DNA of 64,000 nucleotides, from NCBI RefSeq assembly GCF_004010195.1, contig NC_057718.1, positions 73,357,573 through 73,421,572 on the forward strand, given 5' to 3'. Position numbers and translations under genes: made by a program. Of this stretch, positions 25,068-38,407 are shown one piece after another (positions within the stretch are counted from its first letter, which is position 1; every line of letters begins with the position of its first letter). This stretch comes from Chiloscyllium plagiosum (Eukaryota). The notes under the pieces are model-generated. The model had not been told where the DNA came from. It saw nothing but the letters and a program-made list of their open reading frames with translations, and searched no databases.

Positions 25068-26045
25068 TGTGACAATACTATGAGAGTTGTATTTTGTCCT
25101 GGCTTATTTTAAAGAGAGGTTTAAGGCAAAGGTGATGAACAGTCTACCAGAGTCATTAGAGTTAACAGCTTGTAAACCCTTGGTTTTATTTTAAGTTGGA
25201 ACAATAGAAGCAGCCTGAATGGGTGTGGTTAAGCTCTCACAGAACCAGGATTTTTAGCTTTAGTTTTCTGCAGTTGCTGTCGGTGTCTCAGCAGGGTCGG
25301 AAGCTGCAGTAAATCTCGCCCAGCTGCTACACTCTCTCACAATTTTCTTGACTTTTTTTCCGCCTGGCCTACTGGGGTTACATGTGAAACAATCTGCATT
25401 TTGCCAAGGGTGTAATTATGGGATCTTACTATATTGGAACAGTTAATTAGTAATAGTTATTGTAATTATTATTCTGTTAAGTTATTCCAATTCCTCTTTC
25501 TTTTGTGTCATTTAACTATAGTGGATGAATGAACAGTATTTTCCTCTAAATCCAGTAGCTTGACCAATCGAATTGCATAGAACATAGAACAATACAGCGC
25601 AGTACAGGCCCTTTGGCCCTCGATGTTGCGCCGATCCAAGCCCACCTAACCTATACTAACCCACTATCCTCCATATCCTCCATAATGGGTGTGGTTAAGC
25701 TCTCACAGAACCAGGATTTTTAGCTTTAGTTTTCTGCAGTTGCTGTCGGTGTCTCAGCAGGGTCGGAAGCTGCAGTAAATCTCGCCCAGCTGCTACACTC
25801 TCTCACAATTTTCTTGACTTTTTTTCCGCCTGGCCTACTGGGGTTACATGTGAAACAATCTGCATTTTGCCAAGGGTGTAATTATGGGATCTTACTATAT
25901 TGGAACAGTTAATTAGTAATAGTTATTGTAATTATTATTCTGTTAAGTTATTCCAATCTGGAATTCAACAACTTTAAAATAAGAAGTAGTTAGGGTCTTG
26001 ACTATCTTCTGAATATTTTGAGGGAGTTTGGTCTGGTCCATAACT
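25068..26045 (+). mobile_element. Solo Gypsy LTR containing a CR1 tail and a local duplication
   Basis: tgtgac...ggtccataac; shares motifs (ttttgccaaggg, atattttgaggg) with the LTRs at 17292 and 20100. Confidence 0.8.
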
Positions 26046-26654
26046 TTTTTTATCCAAAATTTAAATAGCAGTGTATCAAAATCACTTAACAGTTTGAGAG
26101 TCCCATAGATGTTAAGCATCCTTTGCAAACTTTTATGTCTATACTAAAAACTCTTAACTCAAACATTCCTTGCTTCATCAGGAAAGACTTCAAATAGCCT
26201 TGCTGAGGCACTTCGGCTTTCTTCCTGGTGAAAATAGGATCTGTTTGAAGTGAGGGTGGGAATTATCGATCCAGGTTCCTGATGTCACTTTAGATACTCG
26301 GTGGAGAGTCTCGGAGAAATTAAGCCTTTGACAGAGCAGAATGATTGTTCTGTTTGCTACATTCCATAATCATCACATTACTTTATGCGTAAGCATTATA
26401 TTTTTTAACTATTACTTCATTTTTATTTGCACAATGCGTGAGTTTGCAACTAAAACATTCCAGGATTGCTAGTCTTATTTTATTTGCATTGAATCATTTA
26501 CAATTAAAATCAATCAAATTGTATATGTTGGCATATAATAGATATCTATAGCTTGTTGCACAGAGTACAATATTTTGGAGGCAACCATTTTGGTTGTAAT
26601 GAAGATTAAAAAGCAATTATGTGAAAAGAGCAAACATTTGAAAATTACACTTAT

Positions 26655-27820
26655 TGCAGGTAGGACGCAGAAGGTAATAGTGGAAGGATGCTTGTGGATT
26701 GTAGGGCTGTAAATAGTAGAGTGCCTCAGGGGTCAGTGGTGGGCCCATTGTTGTTTGTTATCTACATCAATGATTTAGATGAGAATGTATAAGGCATTAT
26801 CTTTGAGGAGAAAGTGAGGTCTGCAGATGCTGGAGATCAGAGCTGAAAATGTGTTACTGGAAGCGCAGCAGGTCAGGCAGCATCCAGGGAACAGGAGAAT
26901 CGACATTTCGGGCATAAGCCCTTCTTGTTAGAGGGGAAAGAATAAAAGGGAACCTAAGGGGCACCTTCTTACACAGAGGGTGGTATGCATAGATGGTTGA
27001 GGCAGGTACATTAATAACATTTAAAAGGCATTTGGACAAATACATGGATAGGCAAGGTTTAGAAGGATTTGGGTGAAGTGCAGGGAAATGGGGTTAACAT
27101 GGATGGACATTTTGGTCGGCATGGACCAGTTTGGGCTGAAGAGCCTGTCTCCATGCTGTTGGACTCTTGGTTTGATCAAGAGGAGGAAAACAGAATATGA
27201 AGGCAAAATTGCATAAAACAAAGAAACTGACTATAAAAGCTTCCATAAATAGGTCAAGAGAAAATTATTAGGAAGGACAAATGTCAATCTCCTCCAGTAG
27301 GAAGCTGAGGAAATTTTAATGGGGAATGAAGAAATGACAGAATGCATACTTTGGACTGTCTTCACATAAAAAAGGCACAAATAATCTTCCAGAAATGTTA
27401 GGAAATAAAGAGTCTAGTGAAAGGAAATCAGTAGCAGTAAAAAAAAGTAGTGCTGGGGAAATTAATGGAGTTAAAGGATGACAAATCATCAGAGCCTGCT
27501 AATTTATATGCCAGCATAGTAAAGGAAGTGGCCCGAGAAATATTGGATGCTTTAGTGGCTATCTTCCAAAATTCTGTAGACTCTGGAAGAACTCTTACTT
27601 ACTGGAAGGTGGCCAATGTAGCCCCACTATTTAAAAAGAGCAAAGTAAAAACAGAATGACTGATCAGTTAGCCTAACATCAGCTGTGGGCGACCGACTAG
27701 AGTCTATCATAAAACACATGATAACAAAATACTTTGAAAACATTAACGAGATTAGATAAAATCAGAATGAGGTTATGAAAGGGAAATCATGCTTAACTAA
27801 TCTAGACATTTTTGAGAATG
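26655..27820 (+). mobile_element. CR1 fragments with a minus-strand PLE pLTR (about 26806-26925)
   Basis: VPQGSVVGPLLF, CR1 3' UTR and WKVANVAPLFKK. The pLTR reads gagaaagtgaggtctgcagatgctgg...cccttc. Confidence 0.75.
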
Positions 27821-28586
27821 TCACTTTTGTTATTTACTCCTGGGATGGTGGGTCACTGACTGGCTAACATTTACTGCCTGTCCCTAGTTGCCCTTGAGAA
27901 GGTAGTGTGAGCAGCCTTCTTAAACCATTTGCTGTATGTAGACTAACAATGCACTTAGGGAGGTAATTTCATGATTTTGAGCCAGTGCCAGTGAAGGAAT
28001 GGCAATATACTTTTAAGTCAGGATGCTGCATGGCTTGGAGGGGAACTTGTATTTGATAGTGTTCCCATATATCTGCTGCCCTTGTCCTTCTAGATGGAAG
28101 TGATCATTGGTTTGGAAGGTGCTTTCTGAGGATATTAAGTGAATTTCTGCAGTGCATCTTGCAGATAATACTGCTATTGAGCATCGGTGGTGGTGGGCAC
28201 AGATACTTGTGAACATGATGCCAGTCAAGTGGTTTTGTCCTGGATGGTGTCAAGTTTCTTGAGTATTATTGGAACCACACTCATGGAGGCAACTGAGGGA
28301 TTATTCCATCACACTCCTGACTTGTGCCTTTGTATAATGGATAGGCTTTTGGCGAGTCAGGAACTGAGTCACTCTCACAATATTCCTAGCTTTTAACCTG
28401 CTCTTGTAGCCACTGTATTTATATAGTGGGTCCAGCTGAGTTTCTGGTCAATGGTATGTTGATAGCTGTGGATTCAGTAACACCATTTAAAGTCAAGCCA
28501 CAGTAGTTATATTGTCTCTTATTGGAGATGGTCTTTGCCTGATATGAATGTTCCTTTCCACCTGTCAGCCCTGGCCTGGATGTTGT

Positions 28587-28973
28587 TGAGATTAGATTAG
28601 ATTAGATTAGATTACTTACAGTGTGGAAACAGGCCCTTCGGCCCAACAAGTCCACACCGACCCGCCGAAGCGTAACCCACCCATACCCCTACATTTACCC
28701 CTTTACCTAACACTACGGGCAATTTAGCATGGCCAATTCACCTGACTTGCACATCTTTGGACTGTGGGAGGAAACCGGAGCCCCCGGAGGAAACCCACGC
28801 AGACACGGGGAGAACGTGCAAACTCCACACAGTCAGTCGCCTAAGTCGGGAAATGAACCCTGGTCTCTGGCGCTGTGAGGCAGCAGTGCTAACCACTGTG
28901 CCACCGTGCCGCCCACCTGCCACCGTGCCGCCCACCTGCCACCGTGCCGCCCACCTGCCACCGTGCCGCCCAC
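28587..28973 (-). mobile_element. HE1 SINE with 4x reiterated 19-bp 5' end
   Basis: (tagat)n tail; gccaccgtgccgcccacct repeated across 28900-28973. Confidence 0.9.
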
Positions 28974-29137
28974 GAGATCTTGTTGCATTTGAACATGGAC
29001 TGCTTTAGTATCTGATGAGTTGGGAATGGAGCTGAACATTATGTAATCATTGGCAAACATCCTCACTTCGGACGTTACAATAGAGGGAAGGTCATTGATG
29101 AAGCAATTGAGGATGGCTGGGCCTAAGACACTACCAG

Positions 29138-29530
29138 GGGTGGCACAGTGGCTTCATGGTTAGCATTGCTGCCTCACAGTGCCAGGGACCCGGTTTCAAT
29201 TCGGCCTCGAGTGACTGTCTGTGTGGAGTTTGTACATTCTCCCCGTGCCCGTGTGGGTTTCTTCTGGGTAATCCAGTTTCCTCCCTGTACAGCTTTGGAT
29301 GCACAAATTAGGTGGATTTGTCATTCTAAATTGCCCACAGTGTCCAGAGATGTGTGGGTTAGGTGGATTGGGTCAGGTGGATTAGCTATGGGAATTGCAG
29401 GGTTACAGGGATGGGGGAATGGGGGGAGGTGAGTCTGGGTGGGATGCTCTTTGGAGAGTTGGTGTGGACTTCTTGGGCTGAATGGCCTGTCTCTACACTG
29501 CAGGGATTCTATTTTATTCTATTCTATTCT
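29138..29530 (+). mobile_element. HE1-related SINE (variant)
   Basis: gggtggcacagtggcttcatggttagcattgctgcctcacag head and (attct)n tail. Confidence 0.8.
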
Positions 29531-29634
29531 CACCCTTTGCAGTTCCTACAGAGATGTCCTGGAGCTAAGATGACTCACCTCCAATAACCACAATCATCTT
29601 CCTATGTGCCAAATATGCTTCAACCAGTGGAGAA

Positions 29635-31910
29635 TTTGTATAATGACCTTCATTGCAAGAGGATATGAGTTCAGATGTAACGATATCTTATTGTAGCTAT
29701 ATACAGAGTCTTGGTGAGACTGCATATGGGTTATTTTGTACAGTTTTCATTTTTCTACCTAAGGAAGGGTATACTTGTCACAGAGAGAGTGCCGTTGAAA
29801 TACATTAGGTTTTTCCTGGGCATGGTGGGAACTGATATATAAGGAGAGGTTGGTTTGATGGGGTGTTATCCACAAGAGTTTTAAAGGAGGACAGGGGGTC
29901 TGATTGAAACATATGAAAACTAGATATTGGGAGGGTGTTTACCCTGATTTGGGAATCTACACACAGTCTCAAGGTTTGGGGTCAACTTCTTAGGACTGAG
30001 AGGAATAAGCATTTCTTCACTCAAAGCATAGTGAAACCATGGAATTGTCTGCTGCAGAAGACGGTGAAGGCCAAATCATTGAATATTTTTGAGAAACAGT
30101 TAGTTTTTTTAGATTTTGAGAGATATGGGGAGAAAACAAGAATATATAATTGAGATAGGGGATCAGTAGTGAGCTTTTTGAATTGTGGAGCATATTTGAA
30201 GGGCTGTATTATTTCTATATTTTAAAAGTAAGCAGCAAGGTGAATAAAAAGAAAGAAAATAAACAGAGGGAAAAGTACAAAACATAAAGCGAGATATTAA
30301 GAATTTCTTTAAATATATAAAAGTCATAGTCCCAGTGAACATTAGTCCCTTAGAAAACAAGACTGGGGAAATAACAATAGGGAGTCAGGAAATGTCAGAA
30401 GAGTTGAACAAATGCTTTGCATCAGCCTTCACAATATAGGATATGTACAGCATTTCAAAAGTACTAAATGATTAAGGGGTTAAAGGGGGAAGGAACTAGA
30501 CACAATAACTATCACTGGAGAAAATTACTCAGGAAGCTAATGGAACAATAGTTCAATAGATCCCCTGGACCAGATGGGTTACATCATAAAATTTTAAAGG
30601 AATTAACTACAGAGACAGTGGATGCACTGATATTAATTTTCCAAGAATCCTTAAATTTGGGATAAGGCCCAGAGGATTGGAAAATTGCCAAAGTACTGTA
30701 CTGATTCAAAAAGGTTGAGAGAGGTCAATCTGTTAGGGGAATATTATTTTTTATTATAAAGTCTATTATAAAGGATGTTAAAGCAGAACATTTAGAAACA
30801 CATTTTATAATTAAGCAGATGGCTTCCTGAAATGGAAATCATGCTCGACAAATTTGTGAGTTTTTCCAGGAGTTAATAAGCAGGATAGATAAAGGGATAT
30901 CAGTAGATGTAATACACTAAGAAAGAAAATAAAGATCTGCAGATGTTAGAAATCTGAAATAAAATCAGAAATTGCTGCATAAACTCAGTAGGTCTGGCAA
31001 TATCTCCGGAGAGAAAGCAGGGTCCAGTGACCATTCTTGTATTTGGATTTTCAAAGGTGTACCAAAGGTGGGCGGCACGGTGGCACAATGTTTAGCACTG
31101 CTGTCTCAGAGCGCCAGAGACCTGGGTTCAATTCCCGCCTCAGGTGACTGACTGTGTGGAGTTTGCACATACTCCCCGTGTCTGCGTGGGTTTCCTCTAG
31201 GTGCTCCGGTTTCCTCCCACTGTCCAAAAATTGTGCAGGTTAGGTGAATTGGCCATGCTAAATTGTCAATAGTGTTAGGTGAATGGGTAAATTTAGGGGA
31301 ATGGGTGGCGGGTCGGTGTGGACTTGTTGGGCCGAAGGGCCTGTTTCCACACTGTAAGTAATCTAATCTAATAAGGATGCTTAGTAAGATAAGAATCCAT
31401 GGTGTTTGGGGTAGAATATTAGCATGAACAGAGATTAGCTAACTAATAGGAGACAGAGAGTTGGGATAGGTCTGAAACATGTAATTAGTGTAACGTCACA
31501 GGGCACTACAATTAATTACACTATATGTTAATGATTTGGTTGAATGAGATGAATGTACCAATCACCAAGTTTGTGAATGACACAGACACAGGTGAGAAGG
31601 CAAACAGTGAGGATAACACAATGGTCTGCATAGGGAAATATATAACTTAATTGAATAGGCAAAAACTAGACAGATGGAGTATAATGTCAGAAAATGTGAG
31701 GTTATGCACTTCAGGATGAACAGGAGAGCTGACTATTATATAAATGGAGAAAGATTGCAGAAAACTGCAGCAAGAAGAACTTTGGAGGTCTCAGATCATG
31801 AAACACAAAAAGCTTGCAACCAAGTTTGGTCAGTAATAAATAATACAAATATCATGTTCATCTTTATTTCAAAGGAAATGGATATCAAAATAGGGATGCT
31901 TACTTAAACT
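29635..31910 (+). mobile_element. Old CR1 fragments with nested HE1 SINE (31068-31372, +)
   Basis: FFTQSIVKPWNCL, PGPDG and MEYNVRKCEVMHF remnants; the SINE head and tail are intact. Confidence 0.8.
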
Positions 31911-31912
31911 AT

Positions 31913-32020
31913 AAAGTTAAAAATCACACAACACCAGGTTATATTCCAATAAGTTTATTTGGAAGTACAAGCATTCAGAGCACTGCTCCTATGATGCTGC
32001 CCTAATAGCTATCTGAAAAA
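31913..32020 (-). mobile_element. PLE family B terminal fragment
   Basis: aaagttaaaaatcacacaacaccaggttata...ggaagtacaagc is the reverse complement of the 4460-4523 and 58820-58883 sequence. Confidence 0.7.
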
Positions 32021-32194
32021 GGAAATCTACTCCATTGTAACGAGATGAACAGCATGAATTTTATTCCAAATCAGTCTTGAAACATAATGCTTGCTTACTT
32101 AGTGATATTGTAAAATATAAAAGTATAACTTCTATGTTACCTGCAAGCAAATTCAGCTTGTTCTTACTACATTCTCTCATTCTCTTAGCTACAT

Positions 32195-33020
32195 TGAGTC
32201 ATCCAGCGTGGAAACTGACCCCTTAGTCCAACTCATCCGCCCTAACTAGAAATCCCAATCTGCTCTTGTCTCATTTCCCAGCATTTGGCCCATATCTTCC
32301 TATTCATATACCCATCCAGATGCCTTTTAAATGCTATAGTTGTTCCAGTCTCCACCACTTTCTCTGGGAGCTCATTCCATACATGCACCATCCTCTCTGT
32401 GAAAACGTTATCCTTCAGATCCTTTTTAAATCATAGCCCTCTCACCTAAAACCTATGCTCTGTAGTTTTGGACTCCCCCACCCTAGGGAAAAGACAATGG
32501 TTATTCACCTTATCTATGCCCCTAATGATTTTATGAATCTCTACTAGGTCACCCTTTAGCTTCCGAAGCTACAGGGAAAAATGCCCCAGCCTATTCAGCC
32601 TCTCCCTGTATGTCAACTCTAGATGTCCCGGCAACATCATTGTAAATCTTTTCTGCACCCTCTCAAAATTTAACAACCTCCTTCCTATAGAAGGGCAGCC
32701 AGAAATCTTTGCAATATTGTAAAAGCGGTCTCACTAATTTTCTGCACAGCTGCAACATGACATTCCAACTCTATACTCAATGTTCTGACCAATAAAGGCA
32801 ATAGTGCCAAATGCCTTCTTCACCATCCTGTCTACTTGTAACTCCACTTTCAAGGAAATTTGTAGTTGCATATTTGTTCTGCAGCATTCTCCAGGCCCTC
32901 CCATTTAATGCATAAGTCCTGCCCTGGTTTGCCTTATCGTAATGCTACACTTTACATTTGTTTAAATTAAACACCATCAGCCATTCCTTAGCCCACTGGC
33001 CATCGGATCAAGGTCCCATT
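32195..33020 (-). mobile_element. CR1 LINE 3' fragment
   Basis: Collinear with the CR1 copies at 36252 and 39365. Confidence 0.85.
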
Positions 33021-33849
33021 GTACATACTTGCTACTCTCAATCAATAACACGGTGAACATAATTCCTGCAAATTATAGCAAAGTCATCCCATACTACTCA
33101 ATATAATCTTTCCATTGTGGCTTTGTTTTAAGGACAGCAATTGTAATTTGTAGAATTCTTATTTTGTGAGTGTGCACACCATATTTCATATGATGACATT
33201 AATTAAACAGCACTTACACATGATTTATGTAATATTTCATGTTAGAAATCATAGTAAAAGTTTTTATTTAAATTTCATAAGTTATAGTGATTCAAGATGG
33301 GTGCCAAATTCACTTATTACTGCTACCATTGTGAATATATCTCAAACACTTTTAATTAATTTGTTTTAGTTCTGATTATATTCTGCACATTTTTTTAACC
33401 AAATATCTTGGGAAAAATCTCTGAGCAACTGGTTGAAGAATTAAATCTCAATACAAAATGCTCCTCATTTCCTCAATGAGTGTTTGGACCATTGACTTCA
33501 CTGTTGCATAAGCAATTTACACAGACACAGTGTAACAGCAGAGAAGGATAGCCATCAACTCTATCACTCTTAAAGGAATAATTCCAAGCCTTATTTTCAA
33601 ATTTCAATCAACAACACTCATATCTAGTTTCATGGCTTTTGTCAACTCACCCATGCATGTGACAATTTTTTTTCAATGTATTTAGGAAGGCATACTCTAC
33701 TCTAAATAAATTGTGCTCACAAGAAGCATTAAAATTAAGTTTGCTTTGCTCAGAAGACAAGGCAACTCTTCTAATTGGTTTTCCTACCAACAATGGATAG
33801 AGGTGAAATTTGGAGGTGCTAGCAGGATAACCAAAGTCAATTTTCAGGC

Positions 33850-34690
33850 ATGGAAGATGTCATTTTTTGACATTAGAAAATGAATCTGGGGAAACGCTTT
33901 GGGGAACAAGGAAATGACAGAGGAGTAAAACAAATATTTGCATCATTCTTTATGGTAAAATATATTTTGAATATCTCATTAATGCAAAAGAATATGGATG
34001 AAAAATTAAATACTACCATCATTACTAGGGATGTGGTATTAGACAAACTAATGAGGTTAAAGGCAAATAAGGCCCCTGTCCCTGATGGCTTGTATCCTAG
34101 GATCCTAAAAAAAGGAAGGTACAGAGACAGTGGATGCATTGTTTGTCATTTTCCAAAAATTGTTAGATTCTGGGAAAGTACCACAGGATTGAAAAACTGT
34201 TAATATAACATCCCTATTAAAAAAAAAGGAGTGTGGGAAAAAGCACGTAATAGTAGGGTTAGGGTTAGTCTAACATCTATTGTTGGAAATGTATTGGAAT
34301 CAATTATTAAGGAACTAATCGCAGAACATTTAGAAAATCATAATCTAATCAAGCAGAGTCAGCATGACCTAATGAAAATGAAATTGTGTCTAATTTGTTC
34401 AGAATTTTTTAAGAAAGTCTCAACAAGAGTGACAGAGAGAAACCAGTAAATGTGTTGCATTTGGACATCCAGAAGGCATTTGACAAGATACCTCAAGAAA
34501 GGTTAAGTCATGAGATAAGAGCCTTCGGTGTTAGAGCTTATTAGCATAGATGGAGACTTTGCTAATGGATGAGAAACAGTGAGTGGCAATTAGGGGTTCT
34601 TTTTCAGATTGGCATACTATGACCAGTGGGGTTCCACAGGGATCAGTGATGGGACCACATCAGTTTGCAATGTATGTTAATGACTTGGAG
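33850..34690 (+). mobile_element. CR1 LINE fragment
   Basis: KAPVPDGLYPRIL, VSLTSIVG, KAFDK and GVPQGSV. Confidence 0.85.
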
Positions 34691-34699
34691 GAAGAAATC

Positions 34700-36005
34700 T
34701 ACTCAACCTCTCTTCATAGCTAGCACCCTCCATACCAGGCAACATCTTAGTGAATTTCCTCTGCACCCTCTCCAAAGCATCCACATCCTTTTGGTAATGA
34801 GACGACCAGAAATATATGCAGTATTCCAAATGTGGCCAAACCAAAGTCCTGTACAACTGTAACATGACCTGCCAACTCTTATACTCAATACCCTGTCTAA
34901 TGAAGGAAAGCATGCCGTATATTGATCTGCGTTGCCACTTCAGGATAAAATGGACCTGAACACCCAAATCTCTCTGTCCATCAATTTTCCCCAGGGCTTT
35001 TCCATTTACCGTATAGTTCACTCTTGAATTAGGATCTCCCAAAATGCATCATCTTGCATTTGTCCAGATTGAACTCCATCTGTCATTTCTCTGCCCAACT
35101 CTCCAATCTATCCATTTCTGCTGTATTCTCTGACAGTCCCCTTTACTATCTACTACTCCACTAATCTTAGTGCCATCTGCAAACTTACAAATCAGACCAT
35201 CTATACCTTCCTCCAGATCATTTATGTATAACACAAACAACAGTGGTCCCAACACCAGCCCTGTGGAACACTACTGGTCACAGTTCTCCATTTTAAGAAG
35301 CTTCCTTCCACTATACCCTCTGTCTCCTGCTGGCCATCCAGATCTTTATCCATCTAGTTAGTACACCCTGAATCTCATGCAACTTCACTTTCTCTATCAG
35401 CCTACCATGGAGAACCTTATCAAATGCCTTACTGAAGTCCATGTATATGTATATGGCATCTACAGCCCTTCCTTCATCAATCAACTTTGTCACTTCCCAT
35501 AAAAATTCTATTATGTTGGTAAGACATGATCTTCCCTGCACAAAACCATGTTGCCTATCAATGATAAGTCTATTTTCTTCCAAATGTAAATAGATCCTAT
35601 CCCTTAGTATCTTCTCCAGCAGCTTCCCTACTACTGACATCAGGCTCACTGGTCTGTAATTACCTGGATTATCCCTGCTACCCTTCTTAAACAAGGGGAC
35701 AACATTAGCATCTTTGAACCCATGTTCAAAGATGCTTCAAAGATGTCTATTAAGGCCCCAGCTACTTTCTCTCTTGCTTCCCTCAGTAACCTGGGACAGA
35801 TCCCATCTGGACCTGGGGACTTGTCCACCTTAATGCCATTTAGAATACCCAACACTTTCTTCCACCTTATACCAACTTGACCTAGAGTAATCAGACATCG
35901 ATCCCGAGTCTCAACATCCATCATGTCCTTCTCCTTGGTGAATACTGACGCAAAGTACTCATTAAAAATCCTACCCATTTTCTCTGACTCCATGCATAAC
36001 TTTCT
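34700..36005 (-). mobile_element. CR1 LINE RT fragment
   Basis: ORFs 35646-35993, 35311-35694, 35049-35255 and 34677-35042 (NYRPVSL, QHGF, DFSKAFDKV, KFADGTK). Confidence 0.9.
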
Positions 36006-36251
36006 TCCTTTCTTCTTGAAACTAATTCAGCAGGGGGATGGGAACCAGAATTGTAGCTCCAGGGTACAGGAGGTTGAGAGTAGTGAGGTCATGAATAAGG
36101 TTTCAAGGTCGCAGGAGAGTGCTGGCAGGCAGGAAGGTGGTTTGAAGTGTGTCTACTTCAATGCCAGGAACATCCAGAATAATGGAACAAATAATTGGAT
36201 TTTTAAAAAAAACATTCCATCCATTTGTTAAGAAGTCTAGGGTGATGACTT

Positions 36252-36870
36252 AGAGTCATAGTCATAGAGATGTACAGCATGGAAACAGACCCTTCGGTCC
36301 AACCCGTCCATGCCAACCAGATATCCTAACATAATCTCGTCCCATTTGCCAGCACTTGGCCCATATCCCTCTAAACCCTTCCTAATCATATACCCATCCA
36401 GATGCCTTTTAAATGTTGCAATTGTATCAGCCTCCACCACTTCCTCTGGTAGCTCATTCCATACACATACCACCCTCTGTGTAAAAGAGTTACCCCTTAG
36501 GAGCCTTTTAAATCTTTTCCCTTCACCCTAAACCTACGCCCTCTAGTTATGGACTCCCCACCCTAGGGAAAAGACTTTCTCTATTTACCCTATCCATGAC
36601 CCTCATGATTTTATAAACCTCTATAAGGTCACCTCTTAGTCTCCAATGCTCCAGGGAAAACAGGTCCAGCCTATTCAGCCTCTCCCTATAGCTCGAACCC
36701 TCCAACCCTGACAACACCCTTGTAAATCTTTCCTGTACCCTTTCAAGTTTTGCAGCATTCTTCCGATAGGAATGAGACCAGAATTGCTTGCAGTATTCCA
36801 ATAGTGGCCTAAGCAATATCCTGTGCAAGCACAACATGACCTCCCAACTCCTATACTCAATACACTGACA
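36252..36870 (-). mobile_element. CR1/HER1 LINE 3' fragment
   Basis: LLEYCKQFWS and WNELPEEVVEA, with a (gagtcata) tail. Confidence 0.9.
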
Positions 36871-37249
36871 TCTGGTAATTGTTGATTAATTATCACTATA
36901 ATGTTAAGTATTATACAAAAATGAAGTTAATTTACCTTCCTCGTTACATAAAGTACATTATTCTAGTTTGGAAAATATCATTAAAATAAATACAACAATC
37001 AACACATTTTAAACGTTTACAGTGGTCATGAAAGAATAAAACAATTGTTAGGGAGATAATCGTGAGAAATATTAGAGACAAGATTTTTATCTGTGGACTT
37101 GCTTCTCATAGCTTCGCCAAGAATAACGCCAAAATTTCCAAAACTTGGAGGCAACATTTTCACACATGAAGTTATTTGGAGGGCTTTACAACCCAACTTA
37201 AATAGCTTTACAAGCCAAATTTAAAAAAAAATGCTCTGGAAAACGTTAC

Positions 37250-37266
37250 CTTGAAGGAACCCCCAT
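37250..37266 (-). CDS. Candidate first coding segment (MGVPS + AG, phase 2) of an unidentified host gene
   Basis: gtaATGG Kozak context (G at -3 and +4) followed by the donor AAG|gtaacg, inside the TE-free island. No protein identity is recognisable. Confidence 0.35.
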
Positions 37267-38407
37267 TACCAGGTCAATTCAATTCACTTCCAAAATGACA
37301 TCTGGTGTTCCGAATTATTCTTTTCCGTCTGAATATATTTCATTTGACAAGTACAACAGAGTTCACGCAAAGCTCCTTCATCACACTGCCGACTGCATAT
37401 TTTTTAAACGCGCCTCTTCAGACAGTGGAATCCAAGCTGCCAATGACCTCAGTGTCATTGTTCAAGAGCTCCAAGAGAGGACTGACTAAACTCCAACAAC
37501 CCATCCTTCAGTCTTCAAACGAGTTGAATTGACAGGGATATGATGCTGCACTTAACGAAATACTGCTCTTCCAAGGTCAGTGTATATTAATGAATATTCT
37601 GAATAAATATCCTTTTTCCCTGCATCTTTTCCTAATTGATATTCACATTTCTTTTGAATTTTTCTCTGGTTCCGCGTTCGTCTGCGTTATCCTTTGAATT
37701 TCAACTGGGTGCAGGTGGTGGATGGTGAATCTGTCATGTGTCCCTTAATAGCTGTAATGATCATTTAAAACGAAGTACTGTACTTGCACTTGATCCGATG
37801 TATATATTTTTTTCATTCAGCGCGACCTGTCGCTCATTCACAGAACCCCACTCCAAAAAAGATTCCATCAGTAAATATCCACTGAAACGAGGCACTCTCG
37901 TCCTTTGCCGTCCTTAGCTTGCGGCTCAAATTAAAAGCACAGGAACAGTGTTCATGTAATAGGTAAGTAGGCTTTTCTTTATGAAGGTAAGCAAAGATGA
38001 AGTTGTTCCCTGATGCATTCTGAATCAGCCGCCCGTACCCCTCAAAGCTCAGTCCCGAAGAATTTTTATTTCTCCTGACAGCTCTCAGTCAAGGTCACAA
38101 TGCAAATTCAGATCAGAGCTCAGGTGGAATTTTCTCAATCAATTCCCGTACATCAGCAGATTTTTCTAAGAATCAACTGTATGTCAAAAATATAATGTGT
38201 GTTGGGTGGGGTAGGGGTGGGGGTGCCTGGAGTGCTAACTGGGGATCAAGGATATTCCAGACATCAATAACGTCAAATGCAACTTGATTTACAAAAATAA
38301 ACTCCTCGGTAAGGAGCTAAATTCCGATTGCTAAACATTATCAAAATATCACTGAAAAATCGAATTGATTTGTTGAAAGATAATTAAAAAATAAAATCTG
38401 CACATAC

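Larger units (their letters stand above)
27830..29630 (-). mobile_element. Second CR1-like LINE family, hosting two SINEs
   Basis: Same tail as 9742; MFANDYIMFS (RT YADD region) in ORF 28833-29066. Confidence 0.7.

Noticed and set aside
26160..26345. Unique-looking segment with a short minus-strand open frame
   Set aside because: No recognisable protein motif or convincing splice sites.
31068..31140. tRNA genes at SINE heads
   Set aside because: The A/B-box regions continue into HE1 SINE bodies and tails; they are not standalone tRNAs.
36015..36180. Plus-strand CR1 endonuclease start next to a minus-strand CR1 as a twin-priming inversion
   Set aside because: The outer end of the inverted piece maps far upstream of the other breakpoint, which does not fit the classic geometry; it may be an independent fragment.
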